Shown here: positions 47,137 through 58,589 of the stretch, one piece after another
Layout of the letters: each line of letters begins with the position of its first letter
Position numbering within the stretch: the first letter of the stretch is position 1
Source of the DNA: Chrysemys picta bellii
Lineage: Eukaryota
Direction of reading: 5' to 3'
Assembly: GCF_011386835.1 (NCBI RefSeq)
Contig: NC_088803.1
Span: forward strand, 5,642,001 to 5,706,000
Length of the DNA stretch: 64,000 nucleotides
Notes under the pieces: generated by a model
What the model was told of the DNA's origin: nothing
What the model saw: only the letters and a program-made list of their open reading frames with translations
Databases searched by the model: none
Program-made: the position numbers and the translations under genes

Positions 47137-47633
47137 CACTTCCGCCTCGGTGCCCGCCTCAGCCAATCGGCGCCCCGGGTCCCGCCTCCTGACGGCTGCT
47201 CGAGCCAATCAGAGCCTCTCTTCCGTCTCCTTAGAGCGGACCCGACCAATCGCGGCGTGGCACCTAATAAGCTTAACCCCGCCTCAAAAACAAGAGGCCG
47301 GTGGCCCCGTAACGACGAACACATGGAGTTGGGCCGAAGCTTTCGTGGGTAAAACCCGCTTCCTCGGCTGCACCCACGGAAGCTTCGGCCCAAATCCTGG
47401 GGCCACCGGCCCCCGGCTGTTTCGGCAGATACAGACTCACACGCCCCCCCCCCCTTAACCCCGCCTCCGGCGCGGAGTGCAATCAACCAATCAGAGCCCC
47501 GTGTCCGCCTCAGCGCACAAAGTTTAAGCCAATCAGCCCCCGCGCTCCTCCCACATGGCCCTAAGGGGCCAATCATAAACTGGGATCGGGTCGGGGGGCG
47601 GGCTGAGAGTGACTGGCAGTGACTGAGACCAAT
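47137..47633 (-). promoter_or_regulatory. NGDN CpG-rich promoter: ETS site and seven CCAAT boxes
   Basis: CGGAAGTG on minus (47137-47144). CCAAT on plus at 47163, 47205, 47246, 47487, 47529, 47569, 47629. Confidence 0.75.
47285..47422. mobile_element. Inverted (tail-to-tail) Penelope-like pLTR remnant forming a hairpin
   Basis: The left part aligns to the reverse complement of the in-window Penelope 3' end (59750-59840), e.g. CAAAAACAA..GTGGC..AACACAT..CTTTCGTGGG. The right part is its inverted partial copy. Confidence 0.6.
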
Positions 47634-47744
47634 GAGAGGGAGCGATGCCCTAGCAGCCTAAAGGATGGAGCCTGAGGGGAAAACAGGCAGGGGGAGGCGG
47701 GTCTTGTTTGATTTCCCCTCCCCCGCCCTGCAGGGAAGCTAAGA

Positions 47745-48276
47745 GTCCTGACTCCCAGCCCCCCCCCCCCCCCGAGAACCCAGGAGTCCTGGCTCCCAGC
47801 CCCCCCCGAACCCAGGAGTCCTGGTTCCCAGCCCCCCCCCTCCCCCGAGAACCCAGGAGTCCTGGCTCCCAGCCCCTCCCCCCCCCAGAACCCAGGAGTC
47901 CTGGCTCCCAGCCCCTCCCCCCCCCCCGAGAACCCAGGAGTCCTGGCTCCCAGCCCCCCCCCCCCGAACCCAGGAGTCCTGGTTCCCAGCCCCCCCCCTC
48001 CCCCCGAGAACCCAGGAGTCCTGGCTCCCAGCCCCTCCCCCCCCCAGAACCCAGGAGTCCTGGCTCCCAGCCCCTCCCCCCCCCCCGAGAACCCAGGAGT
48101 CCTGGCTCCCAGCCCCTCCCCCCCCCCCCGAGAACCCAGGAGTCCTGGCTCCCAGCCCCCCCCCCCCCCCCCGAGAACCCAGGAGTCCTGGCTCCCAGCC
48201 CCCCACCCCCCGAGAACCCAGGAGTCCTGGCTCCCAGCCCCCCCGAGAACCCAGGAGTCCTGGCTCCCAGCCCCCC
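47745..48276 (+). repeat. GAGAACCCAGGAGTCCTGGCTCCCAGCCCC tandem array
   Basis: Short-unit tandem array. Related arrays at 49140-49264, 49765-50611 and 51410-51640. Confidence 0.9.
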
Positions 48277-49129
48277 TGTCACGGACTCACAGATCGTGCC
48301 CACTCTTGGCCCTGTGTGGTCCATGGGGGGTGCCCCTTCCAGGGCGACAGCCCTTCTCGGGGTCCACTCTCTCCCGGGGTCAGGCCCCTCCACCTCCTGG
48401 AGCCGCACCTCTCTGAGCCTTAGCACGTCTGTCTCCGCCATGGGCCCCCTCAGGGAGTCCCCTCGCTCTGGACCCCCGGGGCCTCCATCACCAAAGGGGA
48501 CGATGCCCCCCCCCACCCCTGCCCTGTTCTCTAGACCTGAGCGACTCTCAGCCAGCGTCACACAGGAGGGTTTATTGAGTGTTGAACCCAGCACAGGAAA
48601 CTCTCCGGCCTCAGGCCTGGCCTCCCTCAGCCCGGCACATCCCAGTCTCCCTGCATCCAGGTGGGCTCTGCCTGCTCCCCCTCTCCAGCCCAGAGCCCCC
48701 CTGCTTCCCAGCTGGGCATCTGATACCCCCGGCCCCAAGCCCGGCCTCTGTCCATTGTCTTCTCTCCGGGGAAACAGGGTCTCCTGGGCCTCCTCTCCCC
48801 TCTTCTGTCCTCTGGCCCCCTCTGGCTGGAACTGGCTGGTCAGGTCGCTGGGTCCTCTCTCCGCAGCCCTTTGTCCTCCCACTATCCAGACCCGGCTGCG
48901 ACTCCTGAGCTGGGTCTCCGGGTTGTCAGGTCACCAATCGCTGGGGTGTCCATCCCCCAGGCCATCAGATGGGGTCCCAAGTTCCCTCTCTGGTCCTCTG
49001 TAACCACAAACTCCCTTTCCCCTCACCTCGTTAAACCAGTAACACCCAGGGACACTGAGTCCCACCCTCTCTGCATGCAAACCATTGGAAAAACAAGGAA
49101 AAAACAAGACAATTCCCCCACTTCGTCAC
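48277..49129 (-). mobile_element. Solo LTR (copy A)
   Basis: Begins TGTCAC, ends GTCAC(C), C-run flanks on both sides, TTTATT (minus-strand AATAAA) near 48571. No coding capacity. Confidence 0.6.
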
Positions 49130-49264
49130 CCCCCCAACCACTAGCCCCCCCCCAGAAAACCCAGGAGTCCTGGCTCCCATCCCCCCCAACCACTAACCCC
49201 CCCCCCAGAATGCAGGAGTCCTGGCTCCCAGCCCCCCCACTCTAACCACTAGCCCCCCCCCTGA

Positions 49265-49764
49265 NNNNNNNNNNNNNNNNNNNNNNNNNNNNNNNNNNNN
49301 NNNNNNNNNNNNNNNNNNNNNNNNNNNNNNNNNNNNNNNNNNNNNNNNNNNNNNNNNNNNNNNNNNNNNNNNNNNNNNNNNNNNNNNNNNNNNNNNNNNN
49401 NNNNNNNNNNNNNNNNNNNNNNNNNNNNNNNNNNNNNNNNNNNNNNNNNNNNNNNNNNNNNNNNNNNNNNNNNNNNNNNNNNNNNNNNNNNNNNNNNNNN
49501 NNNNNNNNNNNNNNNNNNNNNNNNNNNNNNNNNNNNNNNNNNNNNNNNNNNNNNNNNNNNNNNNNNNNNNNNNNNNNNNNNNNNNNNNNNNNNNNNNNNN
49601 NNNNNNNNNNNNNNNNNNNNNNNNNNNNNNNNNNNNNNNNNNNNNNNNNNNNNNNNNNNNNNNNNNNNNNNNNNNNNNNNNNNNNNNNNNNNNNNNNNNN
49701 NNNNNNNNNNNNNNNNNNNNNNNNNNNNNNNNNNNNNNNNNNNNNNNNNNNNNNNNNNNNNNNN
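49265..49764. other. Assembly gap (500 N)
   Basis: Run of N flanked by overlapping array+LTR sequence. Confidence 0.99.
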
Positions 49765-50611
49765 CCCAGGAGTCCTGGCTCCCAGCCCCTCCCCTCTCCC
49801 CCCTCCCAACCCAGGAGTCCTGGCTCCCAGCCCCTCCCCCCCCCCCCCCCCCCCCCCCCGAACCCAGGAGTCCTGGCTCCCAGTCTCTCCCCTCTCCCCC
49901 CTCCCAACCCAGGAGTCCTGGCTCCCAGCCCCTCCCCTCTCCCCCCTCCCAACCCAGGAGTCCTGGCTCCCAGCCCCTCCCCCCCCCCCCCCCCCCCCCC
50001 CGAGAACCCAGGAGTCCTGGCTCCCAGCCCCTCCCCCCCCCCCCCCCCGAGAACCCAGGAGTCCTGACTCCCAGCCCCCCCCCCCCCGAGAACCCAGGAG
50101 TCCTGGCTCCCAGCCCCTCTCCCTCCCCCCCCCCCCGAGAACCCAGGAGTCCTGGCTCCCCCCCCCCCCCCCCGAACCCAGGAGTCCTGGCTCCCAGTCT
50201 CTCCCCTCTCCCCCCCTCCCAACCCAGGAGTCCTGGCTCCCAGCCCCTCCCCTCTCCCCCCCTCCCAACCCAGGAGTCCTGGCTCCCAGCCCCTCCCCCC
50301 CCCCCAGAACCCAGGAGTCCTGGCTCCCAGCCCCTCCCCCCCCCCCCCCCCCCCCCCCGAGAACCCAGGAGTCCTGGCTCCCAGCCCCTCCCCCCCCCCC
50401 CCAGAACCCAGGAGTCCTGGCTCCCAGCCCCTCCCCTCTCCCCCCCCCAGAACCCAGGAGTCCTGGCTCCCAGCCCCTCCCCTCTCCCCCCCCCAACCCA
50501 GGAGTCCTGGCTCCCAGCCCCTCCCCTCTCCCCCCCCCCCCCAGAACCCAGGAGTCCTGGCTCCCCTCCCCCCCCCCCCCAGAACCCAGGAGTCCTGGCT
50601 CCCAGCCCCCC

Positions 50612-51406
50612 TGTCAGGGACTCACAGATCGTGCCCACTCACGCCTTCCAGGGCGACAGCCCTTCTCGGGGTCCACTCTCTCCCGGGGTCAGGCCCCTCC
50701 ACCTCCTGGATCCGCACCTCTCTGAGCCTTAGCACGTCTGTCTCCGCCATGGGCCCCCTCAGGGAGTCCCCTCGCTCTGGACCCCCGGAGCCTCCACCCC
50801 CGAAGGGGACGATGCAACCCTGTTCTCTAGACCGGAGCGACTCTCAGCCAGAGTCACACAGGAGGGTTTACTGAAACTCTCCGGGCCTCAGGCCTGGCCT
50901 CCCCAGCCCGGCACATCCCAGTCTCCCTGCATCCAGGCGGGCTCTGCCTGCTCCCCCTCTCCAGCCCAGAGCCCCCCTGCTTCCCAGCTGGGCATCTGAT
51001 ACCCCCGGCCCCAAGCCCGGCCTCTGTCCATTGTCTTCTCTCCAGGGAAACAGGGTCTCGTGGGCCTCCTCTCCCCTCTTCTGTCCTCTGGCCCCCTCTG
51101 GCTGGACCCGGCTGGTCAGGTCACTGGGGTCCTCTCTCCGCAGCCCTTTGTCCTCCCACTGGCCAGACCCAGCTGCGACTCCTGAGCTGGGTCTCCGGGT
51201 TGTCAGGTCACCAATCGCTGGGGTGTCCATCCTCCAGGCCATCAGATGGGGTCCCAAGTTCCCTCTCTGGTCCTCTGTAACCACAAACTCCCTCTCCCCT
51301 CCCCTCGTTAAACCAGTAACACCCAGGGAAACTGAGTCCCACCCCCTCTGCATGCAAACCATTGGAAAAACAAGGAAAAAACAAGACAATTCCCCCACTT
51401 CGTCAC
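50612..51406 (-). mobile_element. Solo LTR (copy B, same flanks as copy A)
   Basis: Colinear with 48277-49129 but with three deletions and numerous substitutions. Confidence 0.6.
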
Positions 51407-52360
51407 CCCCCCAACCTCTACCCCCCCCCCAGAAAACCCAGGAGTCCTGGCTCCCATCCCCCCCAACCACTAACCCCCCCCCACAGAATGCAGGAGTCCT
51501 GGCTCCCAGCCCCCCCACTCCAACCACTAGCCCCCCCCTGAGATCCCAGGAGTCCTGGCTCCCAGCCCCCCCACTCTAACCACTAGCCCCCCCCCCTGAG
51601 ATCCCAGGAGTCCTGGCTCCCCCCCCCCACCACTAGCCCCACAAAGTCTGCCCCTGTGACAAAGCAGGACTGTTCTTAATGTTTCCTCTGAATACTGTGT
51701 GGGTGCCTCAGTTTCCCCTATGCAGTTCTTAAGTCTCTAGGTGGTGGGATAAGGGGGTGTAATTGTTGCAGAGCAAAGGGCCAGTGTGCATAAATGGCCG
51801 ACACTCTGTCTCCTGGCAACTGATGGTCTGGGCCCTTCCCCCCTGCAAGGTGATAGCTAAAGGTGTTGTAGAACAAAGGAATCAGGTGACCTTCTGGCCC
51901 GGGAAAGGGACAAAGTCCAGAGGAGGAGGGACTGGAGGGTGAGTCACTTTGGGCTGGCTGGGGGTGTGGAGTGAGTGCAGACATGGGTGTCTGGTTCCCT
52001 GCCCCCCAAAATGGACCCAGCTGAGGGGTCCTGTTTCCTGTACCTACAAGCTCTGTTCTACGCTGTGGTCCTGTCGTCTAATAAACCTCTGTGTCACGCT
52101 GGCTGAGGGTCACGTCTGACTGCGGAGTCGGGGGGCAGGGCCCTCTGGCCCCCCCCAGGACCCCGCCCGGGCGGACTCACTGCGGGAAGCGCACGGTGGG
52201 GCAGGGGATGCTGGATGCTCCGGGGTCAGACCCAGGGAGGTGGAAGCCGTGTGAGCTTTTTGCCCTGGAGACCGTCGGCACAGAGAGGAGGCTCCCCCCG
52301 AGTACTGCCTGGCTTCGTAGGGAGCAGTTCCAGAGCATCGCCCGGGGACTCCGTGACAAC

Positions 52361-52378
52361 TGGTGGCAGCGGTGGGAT
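52361..52378 (+). other. Primer binding site complementary to tRNA-Leu 3' end
   Basis: TGGTGGCAGCGGTGGGAT is the reverse complement of ATCCCACCGCTGCCACCA, the 3' end of vertebrate tRNA-Leu(AAG/TAG) as recalled. Confidence 0.85.
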
Positions 52379-53831
52379 GTACTGCACCCCCATGGACAGC
52401 GCTTCCTGGAGTAAGTGACTGGGGAGCAGTAAAACGAACGGGGGATACTGAGGACCCGGCATGCTGAAGGCTCAGGGAGGGACAGTTTCAGGGGACGATT
52501 AACCCCTGGGAGTGTGTGACCAGTGAGAAGGACTTTTGCAGTGACAAGGTTCTCCTGGGGATTGCAGCGAGCAGTCCCAGGAGTGGAGGAGTCTGCAGCT
52601 CGACCCTGGCAAAGAGATGGTGACCTGGAGAAGGGCTGGCACACTAGGGGTTCTTCCTGGAAACCATGGGGGAGCTGAGAGCACACAGGCCTGTGAGTCC
52701 ACAGCAACTTGGGAACAGTGAAGTGGTGGCCTATCACCATCTCCTCAAGAAGGACATTGTGATCCTGTGTAAAAAGAGAGGGTTACGCATTGGGAAGTTC
52801 ACCAAGGCCCAGTTAATCCTGCAGCTGGAGGACGAGGACTGCTCTAAGGAGCAGATTCCTGACCCAGATGGGGCTCAAGAGGATCTGGAAGCAGCTGGAG
52901 CAGTAGCCAGGCATCCCCGAGACTCCTGTCCCCAATCAGATGGGGGTCTTCACGATCGGGTTCCCCATTGGGGGATCAGAGACGGATGGGACTGGAGCTG
53001 AGTCCGAGAGAGCGAGAGGACCGTGAGAGACAGCGAGAGCCCGAGGAAAAGCTGCAGGAGAAGCAGCGGCAGCATGGACTGGCGCTGGTGGAGCGGAGAG
53101 GCATAGGGGGCTCCCCAGGGGTGAGTGGGGATAGACCCCTGGCTGCCAGTTCCACAGGGACCCTCGACACTAAATTGCTGCCCCTGGTTAAGGGGGGGGG
53201 GGAGGTGGATGCCCACCACACGGCCTTCACGCAGGCGGGTGATTTGAACCAGGGGGACCCTGCGGAAAAGCCCCGGTATCTAGCCCCTTTGCTGGGTCCC
53301 AAGGCCATAGATGCCATCAGCCAGATGGGTGGGGTGGTGGACAGGCTCCCACTCCTGGCCCCGGCCTATATGTCTGTGTGGAGTCTCCTGGACTCAGGCC
53401 CCTCCGACCCCCAGTGGGAGCGGAAGGTGGGGGTCAATGGGGAGACCTGCCTGGGGTGGCGAGACCCTGGGACGGAGAGAACTGTTGTCGGGCCCCAGGT
53501 GGTGCAGCCGCAGATGCTGAGGGGCTGTGTGACCTGGGTGAAGGTCCCCGGGATGAAGCCCCTCACCCTGCCTATGGCCTGGATCCCTGCGCAGACCCAG
53601 GAGGGGTCAGGCTGGCTGGCCATTGGGGTTCTCCAGGATATCGGCTGTGAGGTCCTGGTGGGGGGTGACTGTGTCTCTTTGGGACAGGATCCAGGCCCTG
53701 CTCCTCTGACGGCCAAGGGTTTGAATTTGAATCCAGGGAACCAATCGGCTGAGACTAAGCGGCCAGTGAAAATGCAAATGACCTGGCTGGCAGGAGGGAG
53801 GGGCTGCTGGGCTCAGGATACCTGCCTGTCT

Positions 53832-54420
53832 TAGGGTTACCATATCTAATAAATAAAAAAAGAGGACCCTCCACGGGCCCTGGCCCCGCCCATTTCCCCA
53901 CCCCTAGCCCCGCCCCAACTCCGCCCCTTCCCCGCCCTAACTCCGCCCCCTCATCCCTCCCACTCCCAGCCATGCGAAAAGGGCTGCCTGAGCGCTACCG
54001 GCTTCACGGTTTGCCGGGCAGCCCCCAGACCCTGCGCCCCCGGCCGGCGCTTCCGCAGCATAGCTGGAGCCTGGGAGGGGAAGCGCCCAGCCGGGGGCGC
54101 AGGGTCTTGAGGCTGCCCGGCAAACCGTGAAGCCGGTAGCGCTTGGGCTTCGGGCAGCCCCTATGCCTCCGGACCCTGCGCCCCCAGCCGGGCTCTTCCC
54201 CTCCCGGGCTCCGGCGGCGCAGGGTCCGGAGGCACGGGGGCTGCCTGAAGCCCATAGCGCTCGGGCAGCTCGGCTCTTAAACAGAGCCGAAGAGTCAGGG
54301 GAGGAGCAGAGCCGCCATTTTCCCGGACATGTTCGGCTTTTTGGCAGTTCCCCCCGGACGGGGGTTTGACTGCCGAAAAGCCGGACATGTCCGGGAGAAA
54401 GAGGACGTATGGTAACCCTA
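53832..54420. mobile_element. Non-autonomous hAT-type DNA transposon nested in the LTR element
   Basis: 13-bp TIRs TAGGGTTACCATA/TATGGTAACCCTA and an exact 8-bp TSD GCCTGTCT (53824-53831; 54421-54428). Confidence 0.9.
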
Positions 54421-57199
54421 GCCTGTCTGTAACCAGAGCCCTGGGGCTGAGTGGGAGGGAGAGATGCTCCCTGCCCCCCTGCACACCGGAGAGGGGGCTC
54501 ACGCTGGCTCTGATGCTGTGACCAGAGCAGAGAGCTCGCTGCCTGCCCCCACTGGGACAATGACAGCGCTGAGCACGGTGGGAGCTGAGACCCCAGCTGA
54601 GTGGGGGGACACCCAGGCAGGGCAGGTCGGCTGCCAACCAGGTTTGCCTGGTCCAGACGTGCTGCTGGGAATTGATTCCATGGCAGGGAGGGGGCTCTGG
54701 ATATAGTGGGGCCCCCCAGCAAGGCAATCCGGTTGGGGAAGAAACGCATCCTGGTGGTGATGGATTTCGCCAACCGCTACCCAGGGGTGGGGATCTGCCC
54801 TCCGCGAGGCAGACGTGCTGCTGACCGCCTTCAGCAAAGTGAGGGTCCCCAGCAAGGTCCTTACAGACCAGGGGTCAAATTTCATGTCAGCCCGGCTCCG
54901 AGGCTTGTGGGAGAAATGTGGGGTCTGGCCCTGGACCTCTGCATATCACCCTCAGTCCAACGGGCTGGTGAAGAGGATCAGAGATTGGCCTGTTCTCCAG
55001 ACCAAGAAACAGGTCCAGGCCTTTATCGGGATGGCGGGGTACTGCTGGGGGTTTGTACCCCACTTCAGCTCCCTAGCTACTCCCATCACCGAGCTATGTA
55101 AGAAGGGGAAGCCAGACGTGGTGGTCTGGACCGAGCAGTGCCAGAGGGTTCTCTGTGCGTTGAAGGAAGCTCTAATTCAGGGCCTGGTAAATCTGGTAAA
55201 CCCGGACAGTGCCAAGCCCTTTGCAGTGTTCACCGACGCCTCAGACAGGGCTGGGCGCGGTGCTGATGCAGGCCGATGCTGAGGGGGGGAGACACCCCAT
55301 TGGGTGCCCAAGCAAGAAGCTGCTGCCCCGGGAGCAGAACTACGTGGCCATGAAGAAGAAATGGCTGGCCATGGGGCAGGCCCTTAAAAAGCTGCAGCCG
55401 TATGTATTTGGGCGGCGCTTTGCTCTGTACACTGACCCCTCTGCCCTGACGTGGCTGCATCCAATGAAAGGGGCTGATGCCGAGCGGCGGTGACAGAGAC
55501 ACCTGGTCAGAGGGTGGCCAAGGTCAAGATGGGGGCTCTTAACCAAGGGAGCCCAAATCACACCCCTCCAAACTGGAGCGCTGGGAGAAGACCCGATCTC
55601 AGTTTGAACCACAGGGGTATTGGGGTGGAAATAGGGCACGGGTATCAAGCACACCCAGCCCAAGGAAGGGCGTAAAACTGGAAGGGCCTGGTGTAACTCC
55701 CACCAAGGAACGGGAGAGATGCTGGGGCATCCATGGGAATGTTGGTGGGTTCAAACTTCCCCAGGTCACCGGCTAAAGTGGCCCCACTCAGTTTGGTCTC
55801 GAAGGGGGGAGAGATGTGACGAAGTGGGAATGTTCTTAACGTTTTCTCTGAATACTGTGTGGGTGCCTCAGTTTCCCCTATGCAGTTCTTAAGTCTCTAG
55901 GTGGTGGGATAAGGGGGTGTAATTGTTGCAGAGCAAAGGGCCAGTGTACATAAATGGCCGACACTCTGTCTCCTGGCAACTGATGGTCTGGGCCCTTCCC
56001 CCCTGCAAGGTGATAGCTAAAGGTGTTGTAGAACAAAGGAATCAGGTGACCTCCTGGCCCGGGAAAGGGACAAAGCCCAGAGGAGGAGGGGCTGGAGGGT
56101 GAGTCAGTTTGGGGCTGGCTGGGGATGTGGAATGAGTGCAGACATGGGTGTCTGGTTCCCTGCCCCCCAAAATGGACCCGGCTGAGGGGTCCTGTTCTCT
56201 GTACCTACAAGCTCTGTTTTAGACTGTGTTCCTGTCATCTAATAAACCTCTGTTTTACCGGCTGGCTGAGAGTCACGTCTGACTGCGGAGTCGGGGGGCA
56301 GGGCCCTCTTGCCCCCCCAGGACCCCGCCCGGGCGGACGCGCTGCGGGAAGCGCACAGTGGGGCAGGGGATGCTGGATGCTCCGGGGTCAGACCCAGGAA
56401 GGTGAAGCCGTGTGAGCGTCTGGCCCTGGAGCCAGTCTGCTCCGAGAGAGGAGGCTCCCCCCGAGTCCTGCCTGGCTCCGTGGGGAGCAGTTCCAGAGCA
56501 TCGCCCGGAGACTCCGGGACAGCCCCGTTGCTGGAAATGGCCTTGCCGGCCGAGCGCGCGTGGAAGTTGTTGGCAGCTGCTCGTCCACTTTAAGCTCCCT
56601 CCCTTCCAGCCTTGGCGGATCCCACGGGTCCCGCAGCGATGGGGGCGGGCGGAAGTGACCCACGACAGACGCTACTGGGAGTCGTCGTCATGGCATGCGT
56701 GCGGGTCGAGGCTTCGGCCACTTGTGCGTTGACTTGGCGGGGATGGGGGGTGGGGCTGTAGCTTGGCCACTTCTTCGCCGCCCCGGCTGCTCTATTCAGC
56801 GAGCGCCCAGCCCGCCTCCAACTGACGGGGGTGCTCGAAAACACACTCGAAAAATTGTTCCTCCCGGACAACCTTGGCCAGCTGCCGTCAACACATAAGC
56901 CTTGAAAAGCTTCCGTGTTACGACATGGGATGTCCGAATGCTTCTTCATCATCCAAATCCAACTGACCCCTGCACTCTGGCTGCTCGGATACTCAGCCCC
57001 GGCACCATTGCAGTGCTGAACGAGATGTGATGAGATGTTTCTTGTGGAAGGGACGGCCACGAAACCCGCCGGGTGACTTGGGCATCAGTGTCACAATGAG
57101 AAAGAATCTCGTTTGGAGAGCCTGCCCATCGGGATAAATCATAGACTCGTAGGACTGGAAGGGATCTCAAGCGATCGTCTAGTCTAGGTGTCTGTCCTC

Positions 57200-57870
57200 A
57201 TAGCAGGACTCTCAATCTTTCCAGACGACTGTCCCTCTTTCGGGAGTCTGATTTGTCTTGCGTACCCCAAGTTTCACCTCACTTAAAAACGACTTGCTTA
57301 CAAAATCAGGTGTAAAAATTCAGAATTGTCCCAGCGCACTGGTACTGACAAATTGCCGACTTTCTCATCGTTACCATCTAGTTATAAAATAAATCGATGG
57401 GAATATAAATATGGTCCTTCCATTTCCGTGTGATACATGACCCCGTTTTCCACTTGTGAGCCTTGGCATTCTGGGAGGCGGTGAAACGACAGCAACAATG
57501 ACGTTTTTCTCCACATTGAGTCTATTCCGACTCTCAAGGCCGGAGTTGGGGGCGTGGCAAGCGGGGTGAAGCTAAGTTGCTTGGGCTTCGACTTTCTGCG
57601 CTGGGCCCCAGTGAGTCTAACGCCAGCCCATAAAAATAAACTTGCAACTCACTTTGGGGTTGCAACTCACAGTTTGAGAACCACTGATGTCGTAGATAGA
57701 GCAGCATAAACAAGTCAGTGTCTGTGTGAAATCTTCGTGTGTCCTGACTTCGCTCCTGCTTTTCATGTAGCCGGTTGTACAACTAGGCAAATCTCTAGAT
57801 GAGTTGAGGTCCCCCCTGGAAGACCTGTGCGTACCCCCTGGGGTACATGTACCCGTGGTTGAGAACCCCT
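57200..57870. mobile_element. hAT-like DNA transposon remnants
   Basis: TIR-like ends GTTTGAGAACCACTG (~57671-57686) and GGTTGAGAACCCCT (~57857-57870), resembling CAGTGGTTCTCAA hAT termini. Boundaries uncertain. Confidence 0.4.
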
Positions 57871-58404
57871 AGAATAAATGACAGATCCAGGAAGCGCCGA
57901 CTGAACAGTGCCTGTGCCCTGACAATGACTAACCCTAACGAGGGGAAGGAGCCATTTTGCTCCAAACTAAAGGATCGTGTTTCGTTGACTCCCCAGGAAA
58001 ATGAGTGGATTCGTTTTGGTGACTTTAACCATTCTCCGTGGCGTGGCCTCCGTGGCAAACATGGCAAGATGAACAGTAACGGCGTACTTCTGCTGGTGGC
58101 GTGCGTCGGGCACCAGTTACTTATCACAAACGCTGGCTTTCGGCTCCCCGAGAAATACAAGCCGACCTGGACATGCCCTCGCTTGCATCGTTGGTTTGAC
58201 AGCGGGACCTACGGGCTGAGAGGGTCAAGCTGACCTGCAGTGAGAACCGACCTCAGGGCAGACTCTCAGGAAGCGGGGCACAAGCCCCCAGTTGCTGTGA
58301 GTGCTACAGAGCAGAACCCCGTTTATCCCATCTCATTGAGACCCGGCTAGATTGGATAGTCAAAAGGATGGTTAAGCCGGAGAATGGGAAAGTGCAGTGC
58401 TGCA

Positions 58405-58420
58405 TCGCCATCTAGTGGCC
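58405..58420 (-). promoter_or_regulatory. CTCF consensus site inside a small inverted-repeat element (58307-58503)
   Basis: Minus strand GGCCACTAGATGGCGA matches CCASYAGRKGGCR. Flanking arms AACCCCGTTTATCC / GGATAAATGGGGTTTT suggest a MITE. Confidence 0.45.
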
Positions 58421-58589
58421 GCAGGAGAGATCGCCTGCTTCCAGGTGGTTTGTTTAATGCAGAGAACCGGATAATGGAGGGTCGGATAAATGGGGTTTTA
58501 CTGGACTTAGATGTCACCAGCTAAACATGGAGTTACAGTCAGTCCCCTTGGGCACTCCGGTCTCTCTTGTCAAGATCGATGGTCCCGTA

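Larger units (their letters stand above)
51655..56521 (+). mobile_element. Internally deleted Ty3/Gypsy LTR retrotransposon with Gmr1-type order (gag-PR-IN-RT/RH)
   Basis: LTRs 51655-52358 and 55815-56521 (TG...CA), 5-bp TSD GCCCC, PBS 52361-52378, PPT 55801-55814. Degenerate gag N-terminus (LCKKRGL..KFTKAQLI), protease-like WRDPGTERTVV, integrase core (ILVVMDFANRYP, TDQGSNF, YHPQSNGLVKR), RT connection and RNase H (FTDAS, GLGAVLMQ, KLLPREQNY). Confidence 0.9.

Noticed and set aside
47296-47411. Calling the promoter hairpin a microRNA gene
   Set aside because: There is no expression evidence, and homology to the Penelope pLTR explains its origin. It is kept only as a structural finding.
52361-52378. 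tRNA gene
   Set aside because: Only 18 nt complementary to a tRNA 3' end, directly after an LTR. It is a primer binding site.
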